Below are positions 10,868 through 21,490 of a stretch of 64,000 nucleotides of DNA, one piece after another. The notes below the pieces were generated by a model. It was not told where the DNA came from and did no database searches. It saw only the letters and a program-made list of their open reading frames with translations. Source of the DNA: an uncultured bacterium (GTDB lineage Bacteria; Acidobacteriota; HRBIN11; JAKEFK01); the NCBI GenBank assembly GCA_963777505.1, contig CAVZQN010000005.1, forward strand, positions 64,001 to 128,000, written 5' to 3'. The position numbers were made by a program, and so were the translations under genes. Every line of letters begins with the position of its first letter. Positions within the stretch are counted from its first letter, which is position 1.

Positions 10868-11836
10868 ATGAATATACGCAGCAAAATTTCCATCCTCAGT
10901 TTATTGGTCTTGTTGGTTCCATTTGCTTCCGCACAACAAATTGAAGAACAAGTAGAAGTTGACCTGGTACAAGTCGATCTTGTTGCAACAGATAAAAAAG
11001 GCGCGCTTGTTACTGATTTAACTGCAGAAGATTTTGTTTTGAAAGAAGGTGGCGATGTTCAGAAGATCAGCCATTTCTACAATGCCTCCAAGGAAGAGAT
11101 ACGATTTCCACTAACAATGTCGTTTCTGGTTGATACAAGTGGAAGCATGGGTGAATCCGTTGCGGGCTTGACCAGAATCGAGATTGCAGTACAAGCTGCC
11201 GAACTTATCATGGCCCAGATGAGACCGGAGGATAAACTTGAACTGATTGAGTTCAATAAAGAACCAATTGAACAAGTTTCATTTACGTCCGATATCCCAG
11301 CTGTCCGGGAGAAACTCAAGACGTTAACATTCAAAGAGGCAAGTACATCCATGCATGATTCTGTGATGTTTGCTCTGAACAAAATCAATACTCAGTCTGG
11401 GAGAAAGATTGTCGTGATCTTTTCGGATGGAATCGATTCATCCAGCAAGGCGATTGAGGATGATGTTATTGAAGCTGTGAAAAAATCTGATGCAACACTC
11501 ATTACGTTTTATACAGAATTTGTGAAACTCAATTTCCCGGCAGCGGGTGGAGGAATGGGCGGCGATCCAAACAACATCGGAAGAGTGAGAATCAGAATGG
11601 GTGAAGATCAACTTCGATTGTATTGTCAAATGAGCGGTGGATTGTTTTTTTCATTTAGAAAAGAGCCTGAACTGCTGAAGGCATTGGAAAGTTTTCGGGC
11701 ATTTGTGCGAAGCCAATATACTCTCGCCTATACACCACCAGCAAAAAAGAAAAAAGCGGGATGGCGAAAGATTAAAGTGGAATGCAAACGCAAAGACGTT
11801 GAACTCCGCCACCGCGAAGGTTACTGGGCTAGCTAA
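10868..11836 (+). CDS. VWFA-related (Acidobacterial-type) domain protein
   Basis: Signal peptide, VDLVQVDLVATDKKG, MIDAS DTSGS, FSDGID, QYTLAYTP and RHREGYW motifs. Confidence 0.9.
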   Translation: MNIRSKISILSLLVLLVPFASAQQIEEQVEVDLVQVDLVATDKKGALVTDLTAEDFVLKEGGDVQKISHFYNASKEEIRFPLTMSFLVDTSGSMGESVAGLTRIEIAVQAAELIMAQMRPEDKLELIEFNKEPIEQVSFTSDIPAVREKLKTLTFKEASTSMHDSVMFALNKINTQSGRKIVVIFSDGIDSSSKAIEDDVIEAVKKSDATLITFYTEFVKLNFPAAGGGMGGDPNNIGRVRIRMGEDQLRLYCQMSGGLFFSFRKEPELLKALESFRAFVRSQYTLAYTPPAKKKKAGWRKIKVECKRKDVELRHREGYWAS

Positions 11837-11849
11837 GTTGCCGCAGCTA

Positions 11850-11913
11850 GGGACCGCGGCTAAGGGACCGCGGACGTCCCGTCCGCATCGGGGATCGCAG
11901 GCGTCCCGCCTGC
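11850..11913. repeat. REP-like palindromic repeat cluster
   Basis: GGGACCGCGGACG-TCC-CGTCCGC (11864-11886) and GGGATCGCAGGCG-TCC-CGCCTGC (11891-11913): 7-bp stems with compensatory changes. A partial copy sits at 11850. Confidence 0.75.
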
Positions 11914-11926
11914 TATAAAATGAGCT

Positions 11927-13270
11927 ATGAACAAACGCGTGTTGATGGTTCAACCATGGATCCACGATTTTTCAGCCTATGATTTATGGATTCAGCCATT
12001 AGGACTGCTTTATCTTGCTGGAGTTCTTGAAGAACATGGTGTTGAAATTGATTACATCGATTGCTTGAGGAATCGGTGTGATATTCGTCCGGATGGGCGG
12101 GCAAAATTCGCTAAATCCGATTTGCCGGTACCTGAAGTGTTGAAAGGCATCAAACGCAAGTACAGCCGGTTTGGAATTACACCCGAAGATTTCAGAGCAC
12201 GTTTAACGTCTTTAGCGAAACCCGACTTAATTCTCGTTACTTCCGGAATGACGTATTGGTATCCTGGTGTCCAGGAAGCGATCTGCGAAATTCGCGCATT
12301 CTTTCCAGATGTGCAGATCATTCTTGGTGGAATTTACGCCACGCTGATGCCTGAACATGCCCGCCGTCATTCAGGGGCAGATCTGGTGATCACCGGTCAA
12401 TTTGAAAACGGAATTGTTGAATTCATTACAGGGTCTCGCGGCCGTACATATGATTCATTAAATGACTTTCCGTATCCGGCCTGGCATTTGACCGGTGAAC
12501 AAAACTATCGCGTGATCATGACCTCGAGGGGATGTCCGTATCGCTGCACCTTTTGCGCTTCCGACTTGCTCAATGCAGAACGTTTTAGCTTGCGAACCCC
12601 CGATGCTGTTGTGAAGGAAATAGAGTCATACTATCAAGATAATATTATGAATATAGTGTTCTATGACGATGCATTATTAATCCGTCATAAGCATCATCTT
12701 GAGCCAATCTTGCGTGGACTGATTGAACGTAAGATCAACGTATCATTTCATACGCCAAACGGACTGAATGCGCGTGAAGTGGACGAACAACTTGCGGAAT
12801 TGATGTTCCAGGCGTCGTTCCGTACGATCCGGCTTTCACTGGAGTCCGTAAATCCGGAAATTCAAAAGGTGCAATCCAACAATAAGGTGACTAACAGCTT
12901 ATTTGTGAATGCAATTCAGAATTTATATCGTGCAGGATACAAGCCCGGTGATATTGAGTGCTATCTGATTCTCGGACTCCCCGGACAGTCTCCGAAAGAT
13001 GTGCGTGAGAGTCTCGCATTCGTCCATGACCTTGGTGTGATTACGCGGCTTGCGGTATTTTCTCCGATTCCCGGAACAGTTGAAGCAGAAGCAGCTCGCA
13101 AAATAATCGGTGATGCATTTTTGCATGAACCGCTTTTGCAAAACCACTCAGCTTTTCCGCTCAAAGACAACTCAATGTCAGAAGATGAACTTCAGTCAAT
13201 TAAGCTGGAGTGCCAGAGCTATAACGAGTCCATTCGAAAGCCGGCGAAACTGGAAGTTTGCCTCTCTTAA
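11927..13270 (+). CDS. B12-binding-domain radical SAM protein
   Basis: QPLGLLYLA, ILGGIYATL and SRGCPYRCTFC (CxxxCxxC) motifs. Confidence 0.92.
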   Translation: MNKRVLMVQPWIHDFSAYDLWIQPLGLLYLAGVLEEHGVEIDYIDCLRNRCDIRPDGRAKFAKSDLPVPEVLKGIKRKYSRFGITPEDFRARLTSLAKPDLILVTSGMTYWYPGVQEAICEIRAFFPDVQIILGGIYATLMPEHARRHSGADLVITGQFENGIVEFITGSRGRTYDSLNDFPYPAWHLTGEQNYRVIMTSRGCPYRCTFCASDLLNAERFSLRTPDAVVKEIESYYQDNIMNIVFYDDALLIRHKHHLEPILRGLIERKINVSFHTPNGLNAREVDEQLAELMFQASFRTIRLSLESVNPEIQKVQSNNKVTNSLFVNAIQNLYRAGYKPGDIECYLILGLPGQSPKDVRESLAFVHDLGVITRLAVFSPIPGTVEAEAARKIIGDAFLHEPLLQNHSAFPLKDNSMSEDELQSIKLECQSYNESIRKPAKLEVCLS

Positions 13271-14359
13271 CTAATTTGGGAGGCCATCGGGGAAATCGCT
13301 GAGAGGTTGATCCAATTCACGATAGGCGCGGGCAACAAATACATTCAGAAAGTAAGCTTTGAATTCTGCAATCTGCTGAGAATCAGTTAAGCCAATTGTT
13401 TTGGCAATTTCAGAATTATTTTTTGCAGCAATTTCCTTCACTTGCTCTAATGACGATCCTTTGGCTTTCGCATCCTTCACAAGATCCATCACTTGCTTGA
13501 ACATCGCGATGTTCCGATCGATATAATCGGGCTTTTGTACATCTCCGTGGCCCGGGATCACAAGCGCAGGTTTGAGTGTTGCAAAGTTCTGTAGCGTCTG
13601 TAACCAGCTAGCTGGATACGTTCCCCCGGTGCCGAAAGGATAAGGACTCAACAAAATATCGCCTGTAATCAAGATCTTTTCTTTCGGCAAATGGAGATAT
13701 GTATCACCAATAGTAACCGCACGTGCATGAAGAATCTGAATCTCCCGTCCACCCGGACGAATCGTCATTGAATCTGAAAAAGTCTTGTTAGGAAGCGTCT
13801 TTTTCAATGATGTTTTTTGCTCCAGAAAGTTCTTGTCCGCCGCGAGCAGTTCTTTCATTGGTTTCAATTTTGATAATTTCGTTCCATCTCTTTTCGCCTT
13901 TTCAAATTGTTTTTCAAGATCATTCAAATATTGAGGCAATCCAACCTTCAAGCCTTGATCGTTCCATCGAGGTTCAACTGTCTTTAGTTGTTCTAGAGTT
14001 TTTTCATGGCTGATGATCTGTAGCTCGGGATAAGCAGCAAGATATACTTCATTGCCACCCCAATGATCCCAATGCCAGTGCGAATTGATTAAATACTTGA
14101 CGGGCTTGTCCGTAAGTTTTTTAATTTCAGCAAGAACAATCGAAGCGGTTTGAGGAATTGCCGTTGAATCAAAAACAACAACACTCTCTTCAGTTAAAAT
14201 GGCAACAGAATTTCCGCTCATGCCAACATCGCCGTACGGGCTCGTTCTAAAAAGATAAACGCCTTCGGCAACTTTCTGAACGTCGACTTTTCCATAGTCT
14301 TCGGCATAAAGCCCTATTAGTGAAAACATAGCCAAAACAAAAAAGATTAGAGATTTCAT
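13271..14359 (-). CDS. Secreted MBL-fold metallo-hydrolase (cyclase-like)
   Basis: Signal peptide, NSHWHWDHWGGN, ITGD and IPGHG motifs. Confidence 0.9.
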   Translation of the reverse strand: MKSLIFFVLAMFSLIGLYAEDYGKVDVQKVAEGVYLFRTSPYGDVGMSGNSVAILTEESVVVFDSTAIPQTASIVLAEIKKLTDKPVKYLINSHWHWDHWGGNEVYLAAYPELQIISHEKTLEQLKTVEPRWNDQGLKVGLPQYLNDLEKQFEKAKRDGTKLSKLKPMKELLAADKNFLEQKTSLKKTLPNKTFSDSMTIRPGGREIQILHARAVTIGDTYLHLPKEKILITGDILLSPYPFGTGGTYPASWLQTLQNFATLKPALVIPGHGDVQKPDYIDRNIAMFKQVMDLVKDAKAKGSSLEQVKEIAAKNNSEIAKTIGLTDSQQIAEFKAYFLNVFVARAYRELDQPLSDFPDGLPN

Positions 14360-14576
14360 AATGTTTCAATATCTTAAGCTGATTCGATATTTCAGCAATC
14401 GGATTGGAAGATCAGGGCGACTTATGGAATTGAACGGGCCAGAGCTGTTCTTAATCGGGATCGATTACGATGATGATTGTAATCAGAGTCTAAAAACCCG
14501 CTTTCATATTAACTCGGTACATTACAGGTTAATTTTGTGCAAGCGATCCGTTTCAGTCAGCCGTTATGCTTGAAAC

Positions 14577-15758
14577 ATGATTAACAAAACTGGATTCAAT
14601 ACGCGTGCAGCGAAGACTCACATCGATGGAAGGAAAATTCTCAGACCGCTTACAATTCCCATTATGCAAGGCACCACTTTTGAAATGGAATCAAGCGAAG
14701 AGCTTGGCTCGCTTTTCAAGAATACGGCGGATATCGTTTATACACGTTTTGGAAATCCGACAATCAGCGCTGCGTCGCAAAAATGCGCTTCTCTGGAAGG
14801 CGCCGAATCGGCAGTTGTGTTTTCGTCAGGAATGGGGGCGATTACAACATCGTTGCTTTCTGTTTTGAAGTCGGGTGATCATGTTGTTGCGCAGCAGAAT
14901 ATTTTTGCACAGACTTTTACATTTTTAACTAAAGTCGCAAAGACGCTCGGGATTGAAACGACTTTCGTCAATGCTTACGAGCCAGAGGAAATCAAACGGG
15001 CGATCCGATCTGAAACGGTTCTGATTTATATAGAAACTCCTTCAAATCCAGTTCTTGAAATTGCAGATATCAGAAAAATTGCAAAAATCGCAAAAGATGC
15101 AAAACTCCTTTTATACGTGGATAGCACATTTGCAACCCCTTACGTCCAAAAGCCGATTGAACTAGGAGCGAATCTTGTATTGCATTCCGGTTCAAAATAC
15201 TTCGGCGGCCACAATGATCTTCTGTGCGGGATTGCTGCCGGTGACGCATCTTTAATCCAGCGCGTCCGGTCTATGCAAATTCTGCTTGGTAACATCATGG
15301 ATCCACACGCAGCATGGGTATTGCTGCGCGGGATAAAAACGCTTGGACTGCGAGTTCAGCGACAGTCCGAAAATGCATACGAAATTGCGAAGTTCCTAAA
15401 AGCTCAAAAAAATATTATTCATGTGCATTATCCCTGGTTGAATTCATCGCGTGGTTTTGAAATTGCGCAATCTCAAATGGCAAGCGGCGGGGGAATGGTG
15501 TCATTTGAACCTTCTGGTGGTGTCGAAGCCTCTCGTGCTTTTTTGAATGCCTTGAAGTTAATTCCGGTAGCGACAAGCCTGGGCAGTGTAGAAAGTGTGA
15601 TCGAAATTCCGAATGATCTTGATTTCTCTGCCGATGAACTCGGTGAAGGTACAAAGCAAATGGCGATCAGCGATGCGTTAATCAGGCTGTCAGTCGGCAT
15701 TGAGGATGTGCACGATTTGAAAGCAGATTTGGAACGCGGTCTGGATGCGATTCGTTAA
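14577..15758 (+). CDS. PLP-dependent Cys/Met metabolism enzyme (cystathionine gamma-synthase / methionine gamma-lyase family)
   Basis: YTRFGNPT, FSSGMGAI, ETPSNP, DSTFATP, HSGSKYFGGH, SLGSVES and RLSVGIED motifs. Confidence 0.92.
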   Translation: MINKTGFNTRAAKTHIDGRKILRPLTIPIMQGTTFEMESSEELGSLFKNTADIVYTRFGNPTISAASQKCASLEGAESAVVFSSGMGAITTSLLSVLKSGDHVVAQQNIFAQTFTFLTKVAKTLGIETTFVNAYEPEEIKRAIRSETVLIYIETPSNPVLEIADIRKIAKIAKDAKLLLYVDSTFATPYVQKPIELGANLVLHSGSKYFGGHNDLLCGIAAGDASLIQRVRSMQILLGNIMDPHAAWVLLRGIKTLGLRVQRQSENAYEIAKFLKAQKNIIHVHYPWLNSSRGFEIAQSQMASGGGMVSFEPSGGVEASRAFLNALKLIPVATSLGSVESVIEIPNDLDFSADELGEGTKQMAISDALIRLSVGIEDVHDLKADLERGLDAIR

Positions 15759-16288
15759 GATTGTGCTGAAGTGATCTTCTTTGAATCTGCAATACGGCGA
15801 CGCGCCAGGTAGGGGAGAGCAAAAAGGTAAATGCCAGTAATCACCAACAACAAAAGGCAAAAACCTACAGGCAGAAAAATTCCGTATTTTACTGAACTAT
15901 GAAACCAGGATCCGTCATGGATGGATTCAATCAGATCGGAACGTCTGAATGCTACTTGTAAAACTTTCCCCGTTTCGCTATCGATTTGAATTTCCCAGTT
16001 TGATTTCGACCATACTTTTAGCATTCCTTTCGAAGGCCGAACATCAACACGGTTTATGTCGTCCCATGTGCGGATGTCTGCAACGGCAACCTCTTTGCAA
16101 ATTCTTAATACCTCATCAAATCCGATAATGGGAACCGTGCCAGTGCCAGCGGTTTCATTTGGCTGAATCCAATCAACGTGCTTTTTTAGCTGCAGCATGA
16201 TCCCGGTACAAATGATGATCAGCAGCGGCGTAGCAACGACAATTGCAACCCACGAGTGCAGCTTTCGATTAAAAATTTGAAACTTCAC
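15755..16288 (-). CDS. PepSY-associated TM helix protein
   Basis: RKLHSW...CTG N-terminus, IESIHDGSWF and ITGIYL motifs. Confidence 0.85.
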   Translation of the reverse strand: MKFQIFNRKLHSWVAIVVATPLLIIICTGIMLQLKKHVDWIQPNETAGTGTVPIIGFDEVLRICKEVAVADIRTWDDINRVDVRPSKGMLKVWSKSNWEIQIDSETGKVLQVAFRRSDLIESIHDGSWFHSSVKYGIFLPVGFCLLLLVITGIYLFALPYLARRRIADSKKITSAQS

Positions 16289-16434
16289 AACACTATATTA
16301 GACGCAAAAAATAGAAATTTCTTTCGTTTTCAGGAATTGTTTCAGACGATTAAAGATCGCAGCACAACTGTAATTAATAAACTTGATGGATGCTGTATGT
16401 ATTTGTCCAGCAGAATTAAAAGTACAATCCCGTC

Positions 16435-17253
16435 ATGATGCGGTTAACGCAAGCTGAATATCTTGGTTTGCCTGTACTTCGCCGCGAATTGAATGGTCTG
16501 ATCCTGACGGAAAAAGTATTTCCCGCCTCTTATCATCTTCCAACTCACACTCATGAGAAACTGTGTGTCTGTACAATTCTTCAAGGCACAATGCATGAAA
16601 TCGGCAAAGATTCAAAAAGAGTGTTTAACGCAATAACTACTGTGTTTCACCCGGCCGGCGAAATTCATTACGACAAGTTTGGTTCTGATGAAACCCATGT
16701 AGTGAGTCTGGAGTTTGGACAAGTCTGGCAGGAACGTTTGCGGCCTTATGCAGAATGGCTTGAAAGACCACGACAACATCAAAATGATTCAGTGACGTGG
16801 TTAGGTCTTAACATTCACCGTGAGTTTCAAAAATTCGATGTTGCGACGCCTCTAGCAGTGGAGGCGCTTGCGCTGGAACTTGTATCACGGATTATCAGGG
16901 CAGAGAAGCCGCGCAAAGAGAATGAAGCTCCAAAGTGGTTGAAAAGGATTGAAGAATTTCTAAATGAACATTTTGAAGATCCGATCACTTTGGATCAACT
17001 TTCACAAATTGCCGGAGTTCATGGCGTCCATTTGATTCGAACATTTCGGAAATTTCATGGGACAACCGTTGGAGAATATTTACGCCGCCGGCGGATCGAA
17101 TTTGCTTGCAAATTATTGCAGAACAGTAAACTCTCCGTAACGCAGGTTGCCATTCAGGCTGGTTTTTATGACCAGAGCCACTTCACACGCACCTTCCGCT
17201 CATTCGTTGGTCTGACTCCAGGCCAATTCCGTTCGCAATTAATAAACCGCTAG
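16435..17253 (+). CDS. AraC family transcriptional regulator
   Basis: Cupin HTH/HYD residues. C-terminal VAIQAGFYDQSHFTRTFR..VGLTPGQFR. Confidence 0.93.
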   Translation: MMRLTQAEYLGLPVLRRELNGLILTEKVFPASYHLPTHTHEKLCVCTILQGTMHEIGKDSKRVFNAITTVFHPAGEIHYDKFGSDETHVVSLEFGQVWQERLRPYAEWLERPRQHQNDSVTWLGLNIHREFQKFDVATPLAVEALALELVSRIIRAEKPRKENEAPKWLKRIEEFLNEHFEDPITLDQLSQIAGVHGVHLIRTFRKFHGTTVGEYLRRRRIEFACKLLQNSKLSVTQVAIQAGFYDQSHFTRTFRSFVGLTPGQFRSQLINR

Positions 17254-17280
17254 TAGGGGCGGGTCTAAGACCCGCCCGTA
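17254..17280. repeat. GTAG-type REP-like hairpin
   Basis: GTAGGGGCGGGTCTAAGACCCGCCC: stem GGGCGGGTCT/AGACCCGCCC right after the AraC stop codon. Confidence 0.65.
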
Positions 17281-17283
17281 TAT

Positions 17284-17331
17284 TTGACATTCTTCGAATG
17301 TTAGATTAGTATCTATCTACTATGATAGATA
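17284..17331 (+). promoter_or_regulatory. Sigma70-type promoter (TTGACA-N17-TAGTAT) with overlapping inverted repeats, likely ArsR operator
   Basis: -35 at 17284-17289 and -10 at 17307-17312. Palindromes ACATTC-ttc-GAATGT and TATCTATC-N6-GATAGATA, the second spanning the ATG at 17322. Confidence 0.65.
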
Positions 17332-18498
17332 TCAAACTGAAATTCCACTTCGAAGTTCATCCCTGGTTTGATGTTTTTTTTGCGCTTCAAGCACTCACCG
17401 ATGAAAGTTCACGCATTCACGAAATCTGGAAACGGCGCGCACTGCAGCGCCTCCCCGCAAGCTTTCATAAGAAGCTCAACCTGATCGGCGGGTCGCCCTA
17501 TATATGGCCGGCGATAGCAGATTTGTTGCTGGATTTGCCTTTGAGCATTTCATTCGAGGACAGACTTTCTAGAATTTCGCGTGTGGCGTCGCAAGACCTT
17601 CAATGGGCCTTGTTTGATGGAATTTTTCACGAACCGGGGCCAGTGAAGACAGCTTCTATCCGGCAAGCTTGATCTGAATCAAACAATCACGCAGGTTTCA
17701 AAAACGAAACGTGAATGGCTTGCGTTTATCGGACTGTATCCACCGAAAAAATCATCTCCACTTTTTAAAGGGCTTGAGATGCTGCTTCGCAGTCCTGTGG
17801 AATTTAGAAAGATTGTTGCAGAGCTTGTCGAAACATTTTGGGACAAAGAATTCAAAGAAACATGGGAACAGATTTACAAAAAGCTTGAGCGATCGAAGGA
17901 AGAGAAAGAACGCTTATTTCAATCGTGCACACTTGAAGAATTCACGCATCACGCACTCTTGCGAGTTGAAATCGATGAACGGAAAGGCGTGTTAAAAGCA
18001 TTGCGCGGTGGTTATACGTTACCGCTAAAAAATCTGGCAGAAGCAATTATTTTGCCTTCGGCCTTCAACGATAAAAGGCACTGGACTTGTTACGACAAAG
18101 ATCCAGGGAAGGTGATTGCTTATTTTCCGTATTTCGATCCTTCAATTTCGTTAAGTTGGATAACGACAGGAAGAGGCGCTCCGATCGAGGAACCAGAACT
18201 AGATCCTGCTTTGATTTTTAAGGCCTTAGGAGACACAACGCGTTATGCGATGGTTTCGCTTCTTGCGAAAGAACCGCTTACTTCAGCTGATCTTGCGAAA
18301 ACTTTGAATTTGTCGCGGCCTACAGTCTCGCACCATCTTCATGTTCTTCGCGAGGCCGGGCTTATCGCTGAAAAAGCGCAGGGCAATGCATTGCTGCTCT
18401 CACTCCGAAATGAAGTTTTTCAAAATCTTTCTGACCTTGTAACCAGCAAACTATTTCAATCCACCAACATTGATTTGAAAAAAACGCGAAACAAATGA
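17322..18498 (+). CDS. ArsR/SmtB family regulator with long N-terminal domain (frameshift at about 17648)
   Basis: C-terminal FKALGDTTR...LSRPTVSHHLHVLREAGLI. Removing one A at about 17648 gives a continuous frame (..QLLSGKLDLNQTITQ..) into ORF 17779-18498. Confidence 0.82.
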
Positions 18499-19325
18499 AT
18501 CCCGGAATCGGCAACGAACATCCATCAATCGAATATTACGATAGCGATTATCCATCGCCATTCGACACACTTTTTCCAGAGAACTTTGATCGTACTACGG
18601 AAGATCAGGGTCTCGCTTTTGATATTGAACGATACCGCGAACTTGTTCGTGAGGCCGGCGGACCTGTTCTCGAACTCTGTTGCGGTACAGGTCGGGTTGC
18701 AATCCCCCTGGCCCGGGACGGGTTTGATGTGACAGGCATCGATATCAATCCAGCAATGCTGGAGAAATTTCGTGACGCATTAAAGAACGAGGATCGATCG
18801 GTTTCTAACAGAATTGAAATCATCGAGCAAGATATTACAAAGCTGAACCGGGGTGAACCGCGATTTCAAATTGCGATTCTCGCTTTTAACAGTCTTCTTT
18901 GCATTCCAGATTTTGCCGGACAATGTGCGGCTCTCCGTTCGATTGCCGGTCAGTTGAAATCATCGGGAAAACTTCTGATCGATATTGTGAATCCACTCAA
19001 ACTCAAGATCGAAGGTGATTCCACACCCAGGCCCTTTTTCACAAGGAAGAGCAGAAGGACAGGGAACACCTACACACGTTTTGCAATGATGGGTCCATTC
19101 GATTCAGATCATAAGCAGCAATTGCATGGCTGGTACGATGAGATCCTTCCGGATGGTTCTGTAAAAAGGTTGCAGTATTCGCTTTATTGGCGTCCGATTT
19201 TCCGCTTCGAAATGGATCTCATGTTGCGTGAAGCCGGTATGCGCCTGCTTCAAATTGAAGGGGGCCATCGAAAAGAACCGTATACGGCACAAAGCCCAAG
19301 GATGTTTTTAGTTGCAGAAAAATAA
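18495..19325 (+). CDS. Class I SAM-dependent methyltransferase
   Basis: GPVLELCCGTGRVAIPLA and VTGIDI motifs. Overlaps the ArsR stop (ATGA). Confidence 0.92.
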   Translation: MNPGIGNEHPSIEYYDSDYPSPFDTLFPENFDRTTEDQGLAFDIERYRELVREAGGPVLELCCGTGRVAIPLARDGFDVTGIDINPAMLEKFRDALKNEDRSVSNRIEIIEQDITKLNRGEPRFQIAILAFNSLLCIPDFAGQCAALRSIAGQLKSSGKLLIDIVNPLKLKIEGDSTPRPFFTRKSRRTGNTYTRFAMMGPFDSDHKQQLHGWYDEILPDGSVKRLQYSLYWRPIFRFEMDLMLREAGMRLLQIEGGHRKEPYTAQSPRMFLVAEK

Positions 19326-19327
19326 TA

Positions 19328-21490
19328 ATGAACTCCGCTATCTATTCCCTCATTCTACTGTTGTCTTTTTGCCCAGTGCTATTGGGCAGCGACGACTTTA
19401 TTACGCCGCCGCGCATCAATAATCCTCCGCGTATTGATGGAATTTTGAATGATGAAGTCTGGCAACGCGCATATGTAGTTTCAGATTTTCTTCAACGATT
19501 TCCCAGAGAAGGAGCAGTTCCAACAGAAAAAACTGAGATCAGGCTTTTATATACAACCACAGCTTTATATATCGGTTTTCGTGCGTATGACACGAGGCCG
19601 GAGAAAATTGTTTCATCCGTGTTCAAGCGGGACGATTTTGATCTGGTTCAAAATGATCAACTCGCATTCGCCATCGATTCTTACAATGATGAAAGAAACG
19701 GTTATTGGTTTTCTACCAATCCGCTTGGCGCGCGCGTGGATGCTCAATTTGGAAACGAAGGGGATCTTTGGGAACCAAACTGGAATGGAATCTGGGAATG
19801 CAAAACTCAAGTCGATAATCAAGGTTGGACTGCAGAAATCGAAATTCCTTTTTCGACGCTCCGTTTTCGCAAAGCCGATGCAAACATTATGGGCATTAAT
19901 CTCTTTCGCAGAATTATCCGCACAAATGAACAGATTTTTGCTCCGCTGATTCCTCTGCAACTTTCCAATGGAACACCGAATGTTTCTGCAGCCAGGAAAT
20001 ATCGCTTTGAAGGCATTGAGGGGTCCGATCATCTGTTTGTAAAACCGTATGGGCTCAGTGGTTTCACCGCAGAAACGGATAGTACGGAAATGGAAAACGA
20101 TGGCGGTGTTGATGTGCGTTATCAAGTCACAAACAACTTAATTTCCAATTTCTCACTCAACATGGATTTCGCGCAGGCAGATGTGGATGACCGCCAGGTA
20201 AACCTGACACGTTTTAGACTCTTCTTTCCTGAAAAGCGTGAATTCTTCCTGGAAAGCGCTAATAATTTTCTATTTGGAATTGCCGGTGAAACTGAACTTT
20301 TTTTTAGCCGAAGGATCGGTCTCTCTGAAGATGCTACAACGACTGTTCCAATTCTATTTGGCGGAAAACTTACCGGGAAACTTCACGGATTTGATATCGG
20401 CATCCTTGATGTTCAAACTCGATCCCAGGATTGCGATGATGAATTCGATTTCTGTACAGATGATCCCGCCGAAAATTTCAGCGTTATTCGATTAAAGGGT
20501 GGATTGGGTTCGCGATCATACATAGGAGGCATCATCACAAATCGCTGGGCCGATGAATTGTTTTCCAGTCAATCCTATGGACTCGATATGAATGTTCACC
20601 TTGGTAATGAGATCTTCCTGAGCGGTTTTGCGTCAGGAGTTCATTCTCCAAAAACTACAAACTTTTTGGATTCTTCAGCCTTCGATTTGAATCTATCAAG
20701 AGGCGGTGAGCGAACCTCATTCCGTGTCCGTTACACGGATATCGCAGCTGACTTTGATCCAGCAATCGGTTTTGTGCAAAGACCTGATACACGGCGTTTT
20801 CACGGCAACTTGTTTACGCCGTTTTACAGAAAACAGGGGAGATTGCTGAGCCTTACACCGGGTTATGAATTGATTCGCGAAGAAGATCACACCGGAATTC
20901 TCACATTTTTTGGACAGGAAGCATCCTTCAAAATTCTGTTTCAAAGCGAGGATCAATTTCGGTTGTTTGTAAATCGCGAAGAGGAATTTGTGCCTGAAGA
21001 CTTTTTCATTTTTCGTGATGTTGAAATTCCAAAGGGGAGCTACCTGGAGAATCGAGCCGGAATTGAGGTTTCGTCGAAACCTGGAAGGAACTTTTCCGGA
21101 ACACTCATTGTTTCTCAGGGTGGATTCTTTGGTGGCTCCCGGCTGGAATTGAGTCCGTCGTTGATCTGGAAAGTGAATAAACATTTTACTTTATCGCAAG
21201 CAGTTCAATCGAACCTTATTGAACTTGAGCAAGACAATTTTAATGTTTACGTCACTCGTACGAGAATTGCGTATTCTTTGAATACAAATTTTTCTGCTTC
21301 AGCGGTTTTGCAATACGACAATTCTTCGCAGGAATTCGGACTTAACTTCCGCGCAGGTTATTTGTTTAAAGAGGGAACCGAGCTGTTTGTCGTTTACAAC
21401 GAAATCATGGAAGAGAGTTTCGTGACTCGTCCAGTTGCTCGGCGTGATCGATCATTTCTAATCAAGTTCACTTACATGTTTAGGATCTAA
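19328..21490 (+). CDS. DUF5916 domain protein with N-terminal CBM9-like domain (probable outer-membrane protein)
   Basis: [54 protein letters not shown] and LFFSRRIG motifs. C-terminal KFTYMF. Confidence 0.9.
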   Translation: MNSAIYSLILLLSFCPVLLGSDDFITPPRINNPPRIDGILNDEVWQRAYVVSDFLQRFPREGAVPTEKTEIRLLYTTTALYIGFRAYDTRPEKIVSSVFKRDDFDLVQNDQLAFAIDSYNDERNGYWFSTNPLGARVDAQFGNEGDLWEPNWNGIWECKTQVDNQGWTAEIEIPFSTLRFRKADANIMGINLFRRIIRTNEQIFAPLIPLQLSNGTPNVSAARKYRFEGIEGSDHLFVKPYGLSGFTAETDSTEMENDGGVDVRYQVTNNLISNFSLNMDFAQADVDDRQVNLTRFRLFFPEKREFFLESANNFLFGIAGETELFFSRRIGLSEDATTTVPILFGGKLTGKLHGFDIGILDVQTRSQDCDDEFDFCTDDPAENFSVIRLKGGLGSRSYIGGIITNRWADELFSSQSYGLDMNVHLGNEIFLSGFASGVHSPKTTNFLDSSAFDLNLSRGGERTSFRVRYTDIAADFDPAIGFVQRPDTRRFHGNLFTPFYRKQGRLLSLTPGYELIREEDHTGILTFFGQEASFKILFQSEDQFRLFVNREEEFVPEDFFIFRDVEIPKGSYLENRAGIEVSSKPGRNFSGTLIVSQGGFFGGSRLELSPSLIWKVNKHFTLSQAVQSNLIELEQDNFNVYVTRTRIAYSLNTNFSASAVLQYDNSSQEFGLNFRAGYLFKEGTELFVVYNEIMEESFVTRPVARRDRSFLIKFTYMFRI

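Noticed and set aside
9424-14359. Serine hydrolase and MBL-fold genes as antibiotic-resistance beta-lactamases
   Set aside because: The motifs support only the broad superfamilies, and there is no mobile context.
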